A DNA stretch of 64,000 bases. It comes from Dehalococcoidia bacterium. GTDB taxonomy: Bacteria > Chloroflexota > Dehalococcoidia > DSTF01 > JACRBR01. Location of the stretch: positions 13,202 to 77,201 of the forward strand of contig JADMII010000012.1 in assembly GCA_015478665.1 (NCBI GenBank). Direction: 5' to 3'. Every line of letters starts with the position of its first letter. Position 1 is the first letter of the stretch. Below the pieces are notes generated by a model that saw only the letters and a program-made list of their open reading frames with translations, searched no databases and was not told the DNA's origin. Both the position numbers and the translations under genes were made by a program. This document shows, piece after piece, positions 62,762 through 64,000 of this stretch.

Positions 62762-64000
62762 CTACGCCGCGCGCGGCGGACGGCGGCGTGCGAGAGCGGC
62801 GGCGCAGGGCTCCGGCTCGCCGACCCAGAATCCCTGCGCGTAGTCGACGCCGTACTCCTCCAGCAGGCGCAGCGTCGCGTCTTCGGTGACGAACTCGGCG
62901 ATGGTGCGCTTGCCCAGTCCCGCCGCGACGGCGACGATGGCGCGCACGAGGTGCTGGTCCGTCGGGCTGCGCGGCAGCTCGCGGACGAAGCTGCCATCGA
63001 TCTTCAGGTAGTCGACCGGCAGGTTCTTCAGATGCGAGAACGACGAGAAGCCGACGCCGAAGTCATCGAGCGCGAAGCCGCAGCCGATCGACTTCAGCGT
63101 GCGGACGAAGGTCAGCGCCTCCTCGAGGTTCGCGATGGCGGCGGTCTCGGTCACTTCGAGGATCAGCCGCGCGGGGTCGACGCCGCGGCGCGCGAGCTCG
63201 GCCTGGATCATCGGCAGCAGCTGCGGGTCGGCGAACGCCTTGCCGGAGAGGTTGACCTCGAAGCGCAGCTCGTTCTCGGCGTGTGCCGCCAGCAGGCCGA
63301 TCGCCTCCCGCACCACCCAGCGGTCGATGTCCTGGATCATGCCGGTGCGTTCGGCAAGGTCGAGGAAGGCGCCGGGGAGCACGACGTCCTCGCCGCCCTC
63401 ATCGAGCCGCAAGAGCAGCTCGTAGCGGTCGACGGCGCCATCGGCGAGGCGGAGGATCGGCTGGGCGTAGAGCACGAAGCGGTCGCGCTCGATCGCCTCG
63501 CGGATGCGCTGGGTCCAGCCGATGCGTGACTCGATCTGCGCCTGCCAGTCGCCATCGGGCACGAAGACGCTGTAGCGGTTGCGGCCTTCTTCCTTCGCGC
63601 GGTACATCGCCAGGTCGGCGCGCGACAGCACGTCGTCGCTGCGCTCGCTGCCCTCGGGGAAGAGCGCGACGCCAATGCTCGCCGTGATGCGCAGCGGCGC
63701 GCCGGCGACGAGGAAGGTGTGGTCGCGGATGCGGTCGAGCAACTGCGCGGCGATCTCGGCGGCGGACTGGGCGTCGGTGCGTGGCAGGAGCACAGCGAAC
63801 TCGTCGCCGCCGAGTCGAGCGACGACGTCGCTGCTGCGCACTTGCTGGCGGAGCAGTTCGGCGAGGCCGGTGAGCAGGTCGTCGCCGGCGCGATGGCCGC
63901 GGCTGTCGTTCACGTCCTTGAACTGGTCGAGGTCGAGGAAGAGCAGCGCGCCGTCGACGCCGTAGCGCCGCGCCTCGCGGAGCTCCCGGTCGAGCTCCTC
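62762..64000 (-). CDS. GGDEF-EAL domain protein (diguanylate cyclase/phosphodiesterase), 5' partial
   Basis: GGDEF (ARLGGDEFAV) and EAL (YAQPI, EVTE, DDFGVG) domains. The reading frame stays open to the window end. Confidence 0.8.
   Translation of the reverse strand, partial: EELDRELREARRYGVDGALLFLDLDQFKDVNDSRGHRAGDDLLTGLAELLRQQVRSSDVVARLGGDEFAVLLPRTDAQSAAEIAAQLLDRIRDHTFLVAGAPLRITASIGVALFPEGSERSDDVLSRADLAMYRAKEEGRNRYSVFVPDGDWQAQIESRIGWTQRIREAIERDRFVLYAQPILRLADGAVDRYELLLRLDEGGEDVVLPGAFLDLAERTGMIQDIDRWVVREAIGLLAAHAENELRFEVNLSGKAFADPQLLPMIQAELARRGVDPARLILEVTETAAIANLEEALTFVRTLKSIGCGFALDDFGVGFSSFSHLKNLPVDYLKIDGSFVRELPRSPTDQHLVRAIVAVAAGLGKRTIAEFVTEDATLRLLEEYGVDYAQGFWVGEPEPCAAALARRRPPRAA

Overview
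This is a GC-rich (~70%) bacterial chromosomal window, densely coding on both strands. The codon bias and gene content suggest Chloroflexi (Thermomicrobia-like) or a high-GC actinobacterium, but I cannot place it more precisely from the sequence alone. Recognisable content includes trpF, a GH20 hexosaminidase, a predicted PPi-dependent phosphofructokinase, a tRNA-Glu, RNase J, FtsK, a peptide-type ABC importer fragment, prfB with its programmed +1 frameshift, endonuclease V carrying an unusual C-terminal extension, and FtsH. There is a seven-gene pentose-phosphate operon (tkt-rpiB-tal-pgi-gnd-zwf-opcA) in which every junction has an overlapping start and stop. A second tightly coupled operon joins a response regulator and histidine kinase to yggS, proC and yggT. 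The most unusual locus is a pair of tandem half-size ABC exporter genes immediately upstream of a 1166-aa polytopic GT-C glycosyltransferase-like protein with extracytoplasmic PA14 and NHL-repeat domains. A second GT-C membrane protein lies elsewhere in the window. The 3' end carries an orphan 1082-aa CbbO/NorD-like VWA protein, an IS110 transposase fragment with a low-GC patch, an LPXTG-type surface protein whose sorting signal is split by a frameshift, and a partial GGDEF-EAL gene. The window also holds several short dispersed or tandem repeat motifs in intergenic DNA. Many long ORFs in the supplied six-frame track are GC-driven antisense shadow ORFs and were rejected.
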